A stretch of DNA of 10,858 nt from Candidatus Sulfobium sp. (GCA_037380845.1 JARRRI010000059.1:6246-17103), one strand, 5' to 3'; positions 1 to 7,729 are shown, counted from the first letter of the stretch. The notes: a model not told the origin generated them from the sequence alone. A program made the numbers and translations.

Positions 1-1
1 G

Positions 2-109
2 AAGGTGGACGAAAAGGCAGTGACAGATCCCGAGACGAAGCTTCCTGCCGGAAGCGAGTACCTCATCAAGGTCGGTAAGAGAAGGTTCTATAAGGTAACG
101 ATAGAATAA
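2..109 (+). CDS. tyrS: Tyrosyl-tRNA synthetase, C-terminal end of the S4-like domain (5'-truncated by the window)
   Basis: Manual translation from base 2 gives KVDEKAVTDPETKLPAGSEYLIKVGKRRFYKVTIE* (TAA at 107-109). The 'LIKVGKRRF' ending is typical of bacterial TyrRS C-termini. Confidence 0.8.
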   Translation, partial: KVDEKAVTDPETKLPAGSEYLIKVGKRRFYKVTIE

Positions 110-127
110 TCGGCGGGGGGAACCGGA

Positions 128-796
128 ATGATTTCTTTCCAGGAAATAATGATTAAGCTCCTTCTCGGCATGGTCCTCGGCGGGTTCATCGGGTTTGAAC
201 GCCAGACCCACAGCAGGCCCGCCGGCTTCAGGACACAGCTTCTTGTCTGCGTCGCCTGCGTGCTGATAATGATCGTCTCCGAAGGCTATTACGCCAGCGG
301 GCCTGCGCACCCGGGGTATGTGGTCGACCCGACGCGCATCGCTGCCGGCGCCATGACCGGTGTGGGTTTTCTCGGAGCCGGCGTTATTCTTAAGACGGGT
401 CTTTCGATACAGGGACTCACCACCGCCGCCTGCATATGGATCGTATCGGCTATCGGTCTGGCGATCGGGGCCGGCCAGTACACTGCGGGAATCGTAGGCT
501 TCGTCATCACCCTCTTCTCGTTATGGGTGCTCCGCATTTACGAGGGGCGGATCCCCCGGACGGTATACAAGTACGTCACAATGGTCACGGACCAGTCCGG
601 GGACGAAAACGCCATACGGTCCATATTCGGAGACAGGGGCTACAGGCTGCTCAAGATGGACTACCGGATAGAATTTCCGCTCAATGAAAGGACGTATGTA
701 TTCACCGCCTCCTCGAAGGACGATTCGGACATGAAGGATCTGATCGAAGATATCAGCGTCCTGCCTTTCGTGAAAAGGCTGGAAATCAAGAGCTAG
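128..796 (+). CDS. MgtC/SapB family membrane protein with a soluble, probably ACT-like C-terminal domain
   Basis: Family motifs IGFERQ..RPAGFRT, DPTRIAA...GVGFLGAGVI and GLTTAACIW..AIGLAIGAG. G-rich RBS at 114-121. Confidence 0.92.
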   Translation: MISFQEIMIKLLLGMVLGGFIGFERQTHSRPAGFRTQLLVCVACVLIMIVSEGYYASGPAHPGYVVDPTRIAAGAMTGVGFLGAGVILKTGLSIQGLTTAACIWIVSAIGLAIGAGQYTAGIVGFVITLFSLWVLRIYEGRIPRTVYKYVTMVTDQSGDENAIRSIFGDRGYRLLKMDYRIEFPLNERTYVFTASSKDDSDMKDLIEDISVLPFVKRLEIKS

Positions 797-1376
797 ACCC
801 GTTCCGGGACTCCATAAAGTCCTTTGCGAGTTCGATCAGTCCGTATATCTTGAGATCAATAAGGTCTCCGTTGCGTCGCATTTTCTCCAGATCGGCGTAT
901 AACCTGTCAAGCGGCGCTTCCAGAACCTCGATATCCTCTGTTTCGTCTCTGCCCGATATGCCCGTAAAGGTAAGAGCGGTGGCAACGAATGCCGAGAGTA
1001 TTTCAGACGAGACCCCGGAAGAGAGGGGACCTTCCGTAAGGAAATCCAGCTTTCCGGCTGAATATCCGGTCTCCTCGACAAGCTCTCTCCGCGCGGCCTC
1101 TTCGAGCGGTTCACCGACGGCGGCAAGCCCCGCCGGCAGCTCTATGACATAGCTGTCGACAGGCGGACGGAATTGCCGGGTCAGCAGCACTGTACCGTCA
1201 TCCTTGAGAGGCACTATGACGGCGATGCCGCCGCAGTCGATCCGCTCGACAGCCTCCCAGTCTCTCATGATCTCTTTGCCTTTCCCGTCGGGACCAGTCT
1301 CCCGACCGGCATACGTTACAACGACCGACCTGAGGAATCTTCCTTCGCAGACGATTTTCCTGTCTATAATTTTCAT
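786..1376 (-). CDS. Nudix hydrolase, ADP-ribose pyrophosphatase-like
   Basis: Full Nudix box GLAAVGEPLEEAARRELVEETGY, preceded by the ADPRase-type RQFRPP..IELPAGL segment. Overlaps the MgtC gene convergently by 11 nt. Confidence 0.9.
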   Translation of the reverse strand: MKIIDRKIVCEGRFLRSVVVTYAGRETGPDGKGKEIMRDWEAVERIDCGGIAVIVPLKDDGTVLLTRQFRPPVDSYVIELPAGLAAVGEPLEEAARRELVEETGYSAGKLDFLTEGPLSSGVSSEILSAFVATALTFTGISGRDETEDIEVLEAPLDRLYADLEKMRRNGDLIDLKIYGLIELAKDFMESRNGSSS

Positions 1377-1415
1377 AGCACCTGTGCTCCGTTATGCCGC
1401 ATGCCGCGAGTCATA

Positions 1416-1613
1416 TCAGATCAGCTCCTCCGCCTTCCTGAACAGTTCCCCCAGCCTTAACGTCTCCTCCGAAATCTCTTTCAGGACCTCTGAGAGTTCC
1501 TTTTTCCCCATCGCGGCCATTCTCCCGGACCATTCCAGATATGTTTTTGCATGTTCGTCGTTATGTTCGGCCCAGTGGCCTATCAGGTGTTTCAATTTTT
1601 CAAGATCGTCCAT
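1416..1613 (-). CDS. Small helical protein with HWxEHNxEH motif, putative metal (Ni/Co) binding, function unknown
   Basis: 65 aa. Strong RBS GAGGAGG just upstream of the ATG, amphipathic helical pattern, motif HWAEHNDEHA, and position directly downstream of the Ni/Co ECF operon. Confidence 0.8.
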   Translation of the reverse strand: MDDLEKLKHLIGHWAEHNDEHAKTYLEWSGRMAAMGKKELSEVLKEISEETLRLGELFRKAEELI

Positions 1614-1645
1614 ATGTCCTCCTCACGGGTATCAATGTAAGAGTT

Positions 1646-1674
1646 ATCCTACCACGAGAAAATCAGGATCGGAA
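1646..1674 (-). promoter_or_regulatory. Possible sigma70-type promoter for the small His-motif gene
   Basis: TTCCGA-17 nt-TAGGAT with an extended -10 TGn on the minus strand. The -35 is weak. Confidence 0.3.
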
Positions 1675-1731
1675 AATATTTTCACCATTACCTTTTTTGT
1701 GATTCCTGTGCCCACTGTGGCTATCTGTCCT

Positions 1732-2541
1732 TCAATGCCGGTGAAACGGATAATGCGAATGTCTGTGCTTATGGGCGGCCTCGCCGTGGTGGTGGACATG
1801 TTCGTGAATGAGGTTTACCCTCAGAAGAAGGTCTTCATCGCCCAGGATGTCTTCGCACGGACCGGTTTTTTCAAGCCTGTGCTCTTCCGACAGGAGGGCG
1901 ACGTCGGCATGCAGTTCGTCTACCAGTGAAAGGTCATGGGTCGCTATCACCAGCGTCTTTCCCGCTTCGCTCAGTGCGAGCATGAGCTCGACGAGAAAAC
2001 ACTGCGTCCGGGGGTCAAGGCCGTTCGTCGGCTCATCCAGGAGGAGCACCTCGGGGTTCATGCTGAGGACGGACCCGATGGCGACCCTCTTTTTCTCGCC
2101 GCCCGAGAGCATATAGGGCGGCCTGTCCTTAAGGTTCTCTATCTTCAGGACACGCATAACCTCTGCCGCCCTCTCCATGGCCTCCTTATCCCCGACCCCG
2201 ATCTGAAGGGGCCCGTATAGAAGCTCATCCAGTACCGTGGGGCAGAACAACTGTATATCGGAGTCCTGAAACACGTATCCCACCCGCTCCCTGAAAAAGC
2301 GCAAGAAGTCCCTCTCTTCCAGGGCCTTTTCGGATACCTCATTCCCCCTGAAAAAATACTTTCCCTCCGACTGGTGAATCAGGCCGTCCATGATTTGAAG
2401 GAGCGTGGACTTGCCGGTCCCGTTTGCGCCGATAACCGCAAATCTGGCCCCCTCCCCGACAGCCAGGCTTATGCCGGACACGGCCGGGATTTTCCCGTAG
2501 TAGCTGTAACTTAATTCTTCAAGCCTTATGATCTCTTCCAC
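1732..2541 (-). CDS. cbiO: ECF transporter ATPase (CbiO/NikO) with His-rich C-terminal tail
   Basis: Walker A GANGTGKST, Q-loop VFQD, signature LSGGEKKR, Walker B LLLDEPT, H-loop ATHD. The start is reassigned to the in-frame GTG at 2541, just after the cbiQ stop and a GAGGTG RBS. The ORF-track start at 2631 overlaps cbiQ. Confidence 0.92.
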   Translation of the reverse strand: MEEIIRLEELSYSYYGKIPAVSGISLAVGEGARFAVIGANGTGKSTLLQIMDGLIHQSEGKYFFRGNEVSEKALEERDFLRFFRERVGYVFQDSDIQLFCPTVLDELLYGPLQIGVGDKEAMERAAEVMRVLKIENLKDRPPYMLSGGEKKRVAIGSVLSMNPEVLLLDEPTNGLDPRTQCFLVELMLALSEAGKTLVIATHDLSLVDELHADVALLSEEHRLEKTGPCEDILGDEDLLLRVNLIHEHVHHHGEAAHKHRHSHYPFHRH

Positions 2542-2548
2542 ACCCACC

Positions 2549-3475
2549 TCAGATCCACAAAAACAAAAGGCCGGCCGCCAGGAAGGCAATGCCGGTTGCC
2601 CAGTCCCGTCCCAGGAGCTTCCTCTCCCCATGGATCCTTACATCCCCGGAAAACCCCCTGGCGAGCATCGCCTTGTAGGCCTCCTCGCTTCTAAGCCGGG
2701 ATTTTCTGAATATGACCGCGATCCTTCCGGCTATCCACCTTCTCGCCCCTTCATCGCTTATGCCGCCCGCCAGCCTGCTCTTCTTTGCGAGGTGCATGTC
2801 CTCGACTGTTTTTGCAAACACAAATATGTATTTGTACGCCAAGGCTATGACCATCAGCAGGGCGTCCGGCACTCTCAGCACCTTAAGCGCCCTTATAATC
2901 TCGGGGAAGGGTGTCGTTAACAGCACGAAAAATGACAGAGCCAGGGAATTTGCCATCCTCGACGTGACCATCGCGACGGAATAAAGCCCCTCCCGGGTGA
3001 TGCCTATTTCTGCCGGAATCGGGTAGATCCAGAAATTAAACGGTGCGGAGAAATGATAGAGGGGGAAGATGACCTCCCCGCCGGTCACGACATTGAACGC
3101 AGCGGGAAGGGTGACGAGAAACCCGAAAAGAAAGGCGAAGAACAGCACACGCTTATAAAAGTTAAAAACATTCAGACGCGACGCAAGCACCAGCACAAAG
3201 ACGAAGACGCCTATAAGGACTTCCGGCAGGAGGTCTCTTTTCAGGCTGACGATGACGACGTAGAAGAGGAGAAACAGCACCTTTACCCGGGCGTCAGTCG
3301 CCTGAAAGAAACGGTCGGCTGAAGAAGTCTCCCACTGGACGTATCCGGTCTTTACGACAGAAGCCAGGTTGTGTATGCCCCTCTCGATAAAAGGTATTCT
3401 CATCTTGCCTCTTCCACCCGGAGGACGGGCCGGAGAGTGTTTCTCCAGGAGGAACGCCGGGACCTTATTTGCCAT
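2549..3475 (-). CDS. cbiQ: ECF transporter transmembrane T component (CbiQ/NikQ)
   Basis: DARVK motif, multiple TM helices, TTPFPEIIRALKVLRVP, C-terminal AMLARGF motif, and operon context. The start could be the later Met at residue 25. Confidence 0.88.
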   Translation of the reverse strand: MANKVPAFLLEKHSPARPPGGRGKMRIPFIERGIHNLASVVKTGYVQWETSSADRFFQATDARVKVLFLLFYVVIVSLKRDLLPEVLIGVFVFVLVLASRLNVFNFYKRVLFFAFLFGFLVTLPAAFNVVTGGEVIFPLYHFSAPFNFWIYPIPAEIGITREGLYSVAMVTSRMANSLALSFFVLLTTPFPEIIRALKVLRVPDALLMVIALAYKYIFVFAKTVEDMHLAKKSRLAGGISDEGARRWIAGRIAVIFRKSRLRSEEAYKAMLARGFSGDVRIHGERKLLGRDWATGIAFLAAGLLFLWI

Positions 3476-3800
3476 TCTTTATTATTATCCTCCCGATGAC
3501 GTATATCAGAACGCCGACCGCCGCTGCGCCGATAAGCCCCGAGGCGGTGTATGAAACGATCTGAACGGTTCCGGAAGCGCCTTCGCCTCCCATGTTGTAG
3601 TCCGGGATCGGGGCCTTCCAGAGACCGGCCCACCGCCTTAAACCCTCAGGAACATACCCGATAAGCTTTGCGAGTGTGTCCGCACCCCACTCACCCCATG
3701 CGCTCCCCGCCTTGAATTTTTCCGGAATGATGATCCCCAGGGGGGTAAGAAAGGCGATAATGAGAAGTCCTGCCCAGAGTTTCTTCTGAAATTTTGTCAT
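3465..3800 (-). CDS. PDGLE-domain / NikN-like auxiliary membrane component of the Ni/Co ECF transporter
   Basis: Two TM helices flanking a loop with AWGEWG and APIPDY motifs. Overlaps the cbiM stop (ATGA) and the cbiQ start, implying translational coupling. Confidence 0.85.
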   Translation of the reverse strand: MTKFQKKLWAGLLIIAFLTPLGIIIPEKFKAGSAWGEWGADTLAKLIGYVPEGLRRWAGLWKAPIPDYNMGGEGASGTVQIVSYTASGLIGAAAVGVLIYVIGRIIIKNGK

Positions 3801-4489
3801 TTCATGTCCTTATTCGCCGTTAGCGCATATACCATATCGGCGTCATTTTTCATGAAATATTTGAACAGAAGGACAGTGATCACACCCTCGACGACTCCGA
3901 ACAGAAGCATGTGCTCTAGGGCCATGGCGGGCAGGGCGACCGAGAGGGGATAAGGTGCATAGAGGGGTCTTCCCCCCGGCCCGTGGGCTACCAGAGGCTG
4001 TATCCCGAACTCGATGCCCGTAAACACCGCAGAAACAGAAAGCCCGACATATCCCGAAAGAAAGGCCGCAGCACTCAGCCTCGCGCCGCCGACGGCATTT
4101 CCCCTCACGAGTTTAAACACCCAATAAGATACAAAGGGCATTACTACGGCCATGTTGAAGCAGTTGGCGCCCAGCGCCGTTATCCCTCCGTCGCCGAATA
4201 CCACGGCCTGAACCATCAGGCTGACGGATACGGCTATCACGGCGGTCCACGGCCCAAGGAGGATGGCAATGATTCCTGCACCCACGGCATGCCCGGTGGT
4301 CCCGCCGGGGATGGGAACATTGAACATCATGATTAGAAAAGAGAATGCCGACGCCATGGCCAGGTAGGGGATATTTCTGGCAGAAAGCTCTTTTTTCATC
4401 TTTTTGAGCGCAGCGGACCAGAAAACAATTGATATTCCATACAGGGGCACATATGTCTGGGGGCTCAAATATCCGTCGGGGATATGCAT
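3797..4489 (-). CDS. cbiM: Ni/Co ECF transporter substrate-binding component (CbiM/NikM family; NikM-type N-terminus MHIPDG)
   Basis: N-terminal MHIPDGYL metal-binding motif, MMFNVPIPGGTTGH and FGDGGITALGAN motifs. RBS AGGAG 7 nt upstream. Confidence 0.95.
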   Translation of the reverse strand: MHIPDGYLSPQTYVPLYGISIVFWSAALKKMKKELSARNIPYLAMASAFSFLIMMFNVPIPGGTTGHAVGAGIIAILLGPWTAVIAVSVSLMVQAVVFGDGGITALGANCFNMAVVMPFVSYWVFKLVRGNAVGGARLSAAAFLSGYVGLSVSAVFTGIEFGIQPLVAHGPGGRPLYAPYPLSVALPAMALEHMLLFGVVEGVITVLLFKYFMKNDADMVYALTANKDMK

Positions 4490-4507
4490 CCATCTTCTCC
4501 TGTTCAG

Positions 4508-4580
4508 AAAATAAAAAAGCCACCAAGGCTTTCTGCGCGGAACTGCCGTCCGCTCTCAAGCCTTCGTGGCTCTCAATTCC
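4508..4580 (-). promoter_or_regulatory. Leader attenuator: intrinsic-terminator hairpin plus U-tract in the nikM/cbiM 5' UTR (candidate riboswitch)
   Basis: On the minus strand, AGCCACGAAGGCUU (4571-4558) pairs with AAGCCUUGGUGGCU (4531-4518) at 13/14 Watson-Crick. It runs into UUUUUUAUUUU and lies between a promoter and the RBS. Confidence 0.7.
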
Positions 4581-4586
4581 TGTTTC

Positions 4587-4615
4587 ATCCTAGCATAACG
4601 GCATGATATTTTCAA
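4587..4615 (-). promoter_or_regulatory. Sigma70-type promoter of the nikM/cbiM operon
   Basis: TTGAAA (4615-4610), 17-nt spacer, TAGGAT (4592-4587) with an extended -10 TG. Predicted TSS near 4580. Confidence 0.6.
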
Positions 4616-4690
4616 ATTGTTCCCTCACCATACCCCGTCCAGGGTTGCAGAAAAGACCTGTTACTAAGAATCAATTAAGGCGATATTTTA

Positions 4691-4699
4691 TGTTAGAAT
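4691..4699 (+). promoter_or_regulatory. Possible extended -10 promoter of purF, divergent from the nikM promoter
   Basis: TGtTAGAAT in an AT-rich tract about 85 nt upstream of the purF ATG. No convincing -35. Confidence 0.35.
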
Positions 4700-4783
4700 T
4701 AATAGTGGCGAATTGCCGGGACGCAAATCATCCACAGAATGACGAAAAAAGGAAAAAGAAGGAAAGACTGAAGGTGCTCCGGT

Positions 4784-6253
4784 ATGGATTCTGAAGGCAG
4801 GAGGCATTGCCCCGGGCGGAGGGAGTCTTCCTGCTTCAGCACCAGTGATTTATATGCCGACAAGCTCCATGAGGAGTGCGGGGTCTTCGGTGTGTTCGGC
4901 CATCCGGAGGCGGCAAACCTCACCTACCTGGGCCTGTATGCCCTCCAGCACAGGGGACAGGAAGGAGCAGGCATATGCTCTTCCGACGGAAAACAGCTTT
5001 ACATAGAAAAGGCCATGGGTCTTGTGGCGGACATTTTCCACGAGAAGCGCCTGAAGAAACTCCCCGGGGAGATCGCGATAGGGCATAACCGTTATTCGAC
5101 GGCCGGAAGCAGCATATTGAAGAATGTACAGCCGATCGTCGCCAATTTTGCGCTGGGTTCTCTCGCCCTGGCCCACAACGGCAATATAGTAAATGCCAAC
5201 GAATTGCGGAAGTCCCTCGAGGACGAGGGAGCGATCTTCCAGTCCACGTCGGACAGCGAGGTGGTTGTCCATCTTATCGCGCATTCCAGGGGAGAGACCT
5301 TCCGGGAAAGGGTCATACAGGCCCTGCGGGGGGTAAACGGAGCATTCAGCCTCCTGGTCCTCAGGGAGAATGAGTTGATAGCCGCGCGGGACCCCCACGG
5401 CGTAAGGCCTTTATGCCTTGGGCAGGTCGACGGAGCTTACGTGGTGGCATCCGAGACCTGCGCCCTGGACCTCATCAGCGCCAGGTATATCAGGGATATC
5501 GAACCCGGCGAGGTGGTAATAATCAACGAAAAGGGCATTTCGTCTCACAGGGTGCTTTCGAGCCCCCGCAAGGCCTTTTGTGTCTTCGAGTTCATATATT
5601 TTTCGAGGCCCGACAGTTATATATTCGGGGGCCAGAACGTCAACGGGATCAGGAAGGAGTTCGGCCGGCAGCTGGCGCGGGAATCCGGCGTCGAAGCCGA
5701 CCTGGTAATACCCGTTCCCGACTCGGGGGTGCCCGCCGCCCTCGGGTTTTCGGAAGAGAGCGGCATCCCCTTCGATTTCGGACTGATCCGTAACCATTAT
5801 GTCGGCAGGACCTTCATCGAGCCGAAGCAGAGCATCAGGCATTTCGGGGTGAAGATCAAGCTCAACCCCGTGAGAAAGCTGATTGAGGGGAAGAGGGTCG
5901 TTGTGATCGACGACTCTATCGTGAGGGGTACGACCAGCAAGAAGATCGTGAAAATGCTCCGGGAAAACGGCGGGGCGAAAGAGGTCCATCTCCGGATCAG
6001 CTCCCCGCCGACCATAATGCCCTGTTTCTACGGCATTGACACGCCGACCAGGCAGGAGTTGATCGCATCGAGCCACGATGTGGAGGAGACCAGGAGATAC
6101 GTGACCGCGGACACCCTGGCATACCTGAGCCTGGAGGGGCTCCTCGATATAGTCCCCGATTCGGAAAATTACTGCTCCGCATGCTTCGATAATGTCTATC
6201 CGATAAGTTTCCCCGGCGAACATCTGGAGCAACTGGAATTCTTTTTCAAGTAA
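4784..6253 (+). CDS. purF: Amidophosphoribosyltransferase (glutamine PRPP amidotransferase), Fe-S / propeptide (B. subtilis-like) type
   Basis: LHEE|CGVFG Ntn nucleophile, [28 protein letters not shown] motif [14 protein letters not shown]. Fe-S ligand cysteines in FCVFE, PCFYGID and YCSAC. Confidence 0.98.
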   Translation: MDSEGRRHCPGRRESSCFSTSDLYADKLHEECGVFGVFGHPEAANLTYLGLYALQHRGQEGAGICSSDGKQLYIEKAMGLVADIFHEKRLKKLPGEIAIGHNRYSTAGSSILKNVQPIVANFALGSLALAHNGNIVNANELRKSLEDEGAIFQSTSDSEVVVHLIAHSRGETFRERVIQALRGVNGAFSLLVLRENELIAARDPHGVRPLCLGQVDGAYVVASETCALDLISARYIRDIEPGEVVIINEKGISSHRVLSSPRKAFCVFEFIYFSRPDSYIFGGQNVNGIRKEFGRQLARESGVEADLVIPVPDSGVPAALGFSEESGIPFDFGLIRNHYVGRTFIEPKQSIRHFGVKIKLNPVRKLIEGKRVVVIDDSIVRGTTSKKIVKMLRENGGAKEVHLRISSPPTIMPCFYGIDTPTRQELIASSHDVEETRRYVTADTLAYLSLEGLLDIVPDSENYCSACFDNVYPISFPGEHLEQLEFFFK

Positions 6254-6272
6254 GCCTGACGTTCAAAGAAGA

Positions 6273-6436
6273 ACGGAAGCGGCACCCAAAAAAGTCTTGT
6301 AAGGACGACATGATTTTATTTATCTTCCACATAAATGAGGACTCAACGTTTTGTGGCTTTCGGAAAGAACGGCTGGCAGGCCATTCTATGGGGCTGTAAG
6401 GTGTCGCTACAAGACATTTTTCAGCGCCCCTTCCGT
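6273..6436. repeat. Imperfect 29-bp inverted repeat flanking ~106 bp (MITE-like / IS-end remnant)
   Basis: 6273-6301 ACGGAAGCGGCACCCAAAAAAGTCTTGTA versus the reverse complement of 6408-6436, ACGGAAGGGGCGCTGAAAAATGTCTTGTA: 24/29 identical without gaps. Confidence 0.6.
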
Positions 6437-6595
6437 GCTGCGGAGGATTTTTTTCACCCAGGGATAAAGTCTGTGCAGAATAGTGGCTCTATAGGGAAAA
6501 AATCATTGCCCGGAAAATACCCCTCTCTCAAGGGGCGATAGGGCAAGCGGGTTTCCCTGCCTCGATGTGAGGAATTAAGGGAGGGCGATATACCG

Positions 6596-7729
6596 ATGAT
6601 TACAGGGGTATTCAGAAACATATTCAGAGTGAATCTGGGGGTCAGGAAGACGGAGACCTGTCTTGTCTTTACCGACGTCCCCTCCCCACACGAAGAGATC
6701 GGTCCTTTCGAGGCGGAAAGACGGTCCAGGCTGAAGTGTCTTGCCTTCCTGGCGTCCGAAGTCGGCAGAGGCTTCGCAAAGGATATTGTGTATCATGAAT
6801 ATGCCGCCACCGGCAGCCACGGTGCGGAACCTCCCGTGGAACTCTGGGAAAAGGCCTTTGGCAAAAGGATAGTTGCCGCCCTCGAAAGGAAAGGCATTCT
6901 CGGCCGTCTTCTGGAAAAGAGGGCCGGGGCAGCCGATTTGGATCAGGCGGCTTCGCTTATAGGGAGGTGGAAGGCGGATGCGGTGGATACGGTCGTGGCC
7001 CTGTCGAATTTTTCCACGAGCCATACCAGGTTCAGGAACTTCCTTACAACCATATGCGGGACCAGATATGCAAGCATGCCCCTTTTTGAAGTGTCCATGG
7101 TGGACGGCGCCATGAATGTGGATTGGAGGCAGCTGGCCGGAGAGACGAAGGAAATAGCGCTCCGGATGGGCAGGGCCGAGACTATTGAGGTCTCGACCCC
7201 GGACGGTACGAAAATGTCTTTTTCGGTGAAGGGCAGAAAGGCCATTGCCGATACGGGGTTGATGACGAGAAAGGGTTCTTTCGGAAATCTGCCCGCCGGC
7301 GAGGTCTTCCTGGCCCCGGTGGAAGGTACTGCAAGGGGAAAGCTTGTTCTCCTCTGGGCTCCCACCAGGGAGCTGAAATCTCCGGTTACCCTTACGGTGA
7401 GGGACGGGTATGTGAAGGACGTCCAGGGGGATGAAGAATTTGCGGAACAGTTGAGAAAGAAGTTGAAGGAGCGGTATGAAAACCGGAACATCGCGGAACT
7501 CGGCATAGGGACGAACAGCATGGCCAGGAGGCCCGACAATATACTTGAATCTGAAAAGATCAGGGGGACGGTCCACATTGCTCTGGGGGACAACAGCTCA
7601 TTCGGCGGCAGGGTTTATACCCCTTTCCATCAGGACTCCGTCTTTTTCAGGCCGACTGTCATCCTGGTGGACAAGGAAGGGGGCAGGATCACGCTGATGA
7701 AAAGGGGGAGGTTCCAGGGTGAACGCTGA
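6596..7729 (+). CDS. Aminopeptidase, peptidase M29 / thermophilic metalloprotease-like family
   Basis: Motifs NLPAGEVF, IAELGIGTN, ESEKIRGTVHIALGDN..FGG and terminal H-x-D. RBS-like GGGAGGG upstream. Confidence 0.88.
   Translation: MITGVFRNIFRVNLGVRKTETCLVFTDVPSPHEEIGPFEAERRSRLKCLAFLASEVGRGFAKDIVYHEYAATGSHGAEPPVELWEKAFGKRIVAALERKGILGRLLEKRAGAADLDQAASLIGRWKADAVDTVVALSNFSTSHTRFRNFLTTICGTRYASMPLFEVSMVDGAMNVDWRQLAGETKEIALRMGRAETIEVSTPDGTKMSFSVKGRKAIADTGLMTRKGSFGNLPAGEVFLAPVEGTARGKLVLLWAPTRELKSPVTLTVRDGYVKDVQGDEEFAEQLRKKLKERYENRNIAELGIGTNSMARRPDNILESEKIRGTVHIALGDNSSFGGRVYTPFHQDSVFFRPTVILVDKEGGRITLMKRGRFQGER

Noticed and set aside
2542..2631. ORF-track N-terminal extension of CbiO
   Set aside because: It overlaps the cbiQ 3' end out of frame. 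GTG at 2541 with an RBS gives a normal CbiO N-terminus.
4601..4633. NikR-like half sites GTATGG...TCATGC over the nikM promoter (minus strand)
   Set aside because: The spacer is 21 nt rather than the ~16 nt of the E. coli GTATGA-N16-TCATAC operator, and both halves are imperfect.
4706..4740. GGGACGCAAA upstream of purF, resembling part of a c-di-GMP-I riboswitch
   Set aside because: The preceding GGCAAAC stem with GNRA tetraloop and the downstream P2/P1 pairing are absent.
4490..4780. Cobalamin riboswitch expected upstream of a cbiM-family gene
   Set aside because: No B12-box-like conserved segments were seen, and the predicted leader (~90 nt) is short for this class.
6335..6541. 68-aa plus-strand ORF between purF and the aminopeptidase
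   Set aside because: No RBS, no motifs, and it runs through the inverted-repeat arm.
6575..7576. 333-aa minus-strand ORF, and similar antisense or alternate-frame ORFs (5411-6232, 4850-5398, 6943-7593, 1204-1929)
   Set aside because: They overlap confidently identified genes and lack family motifs. Such shadows are expected in GC-rich coding DNA.
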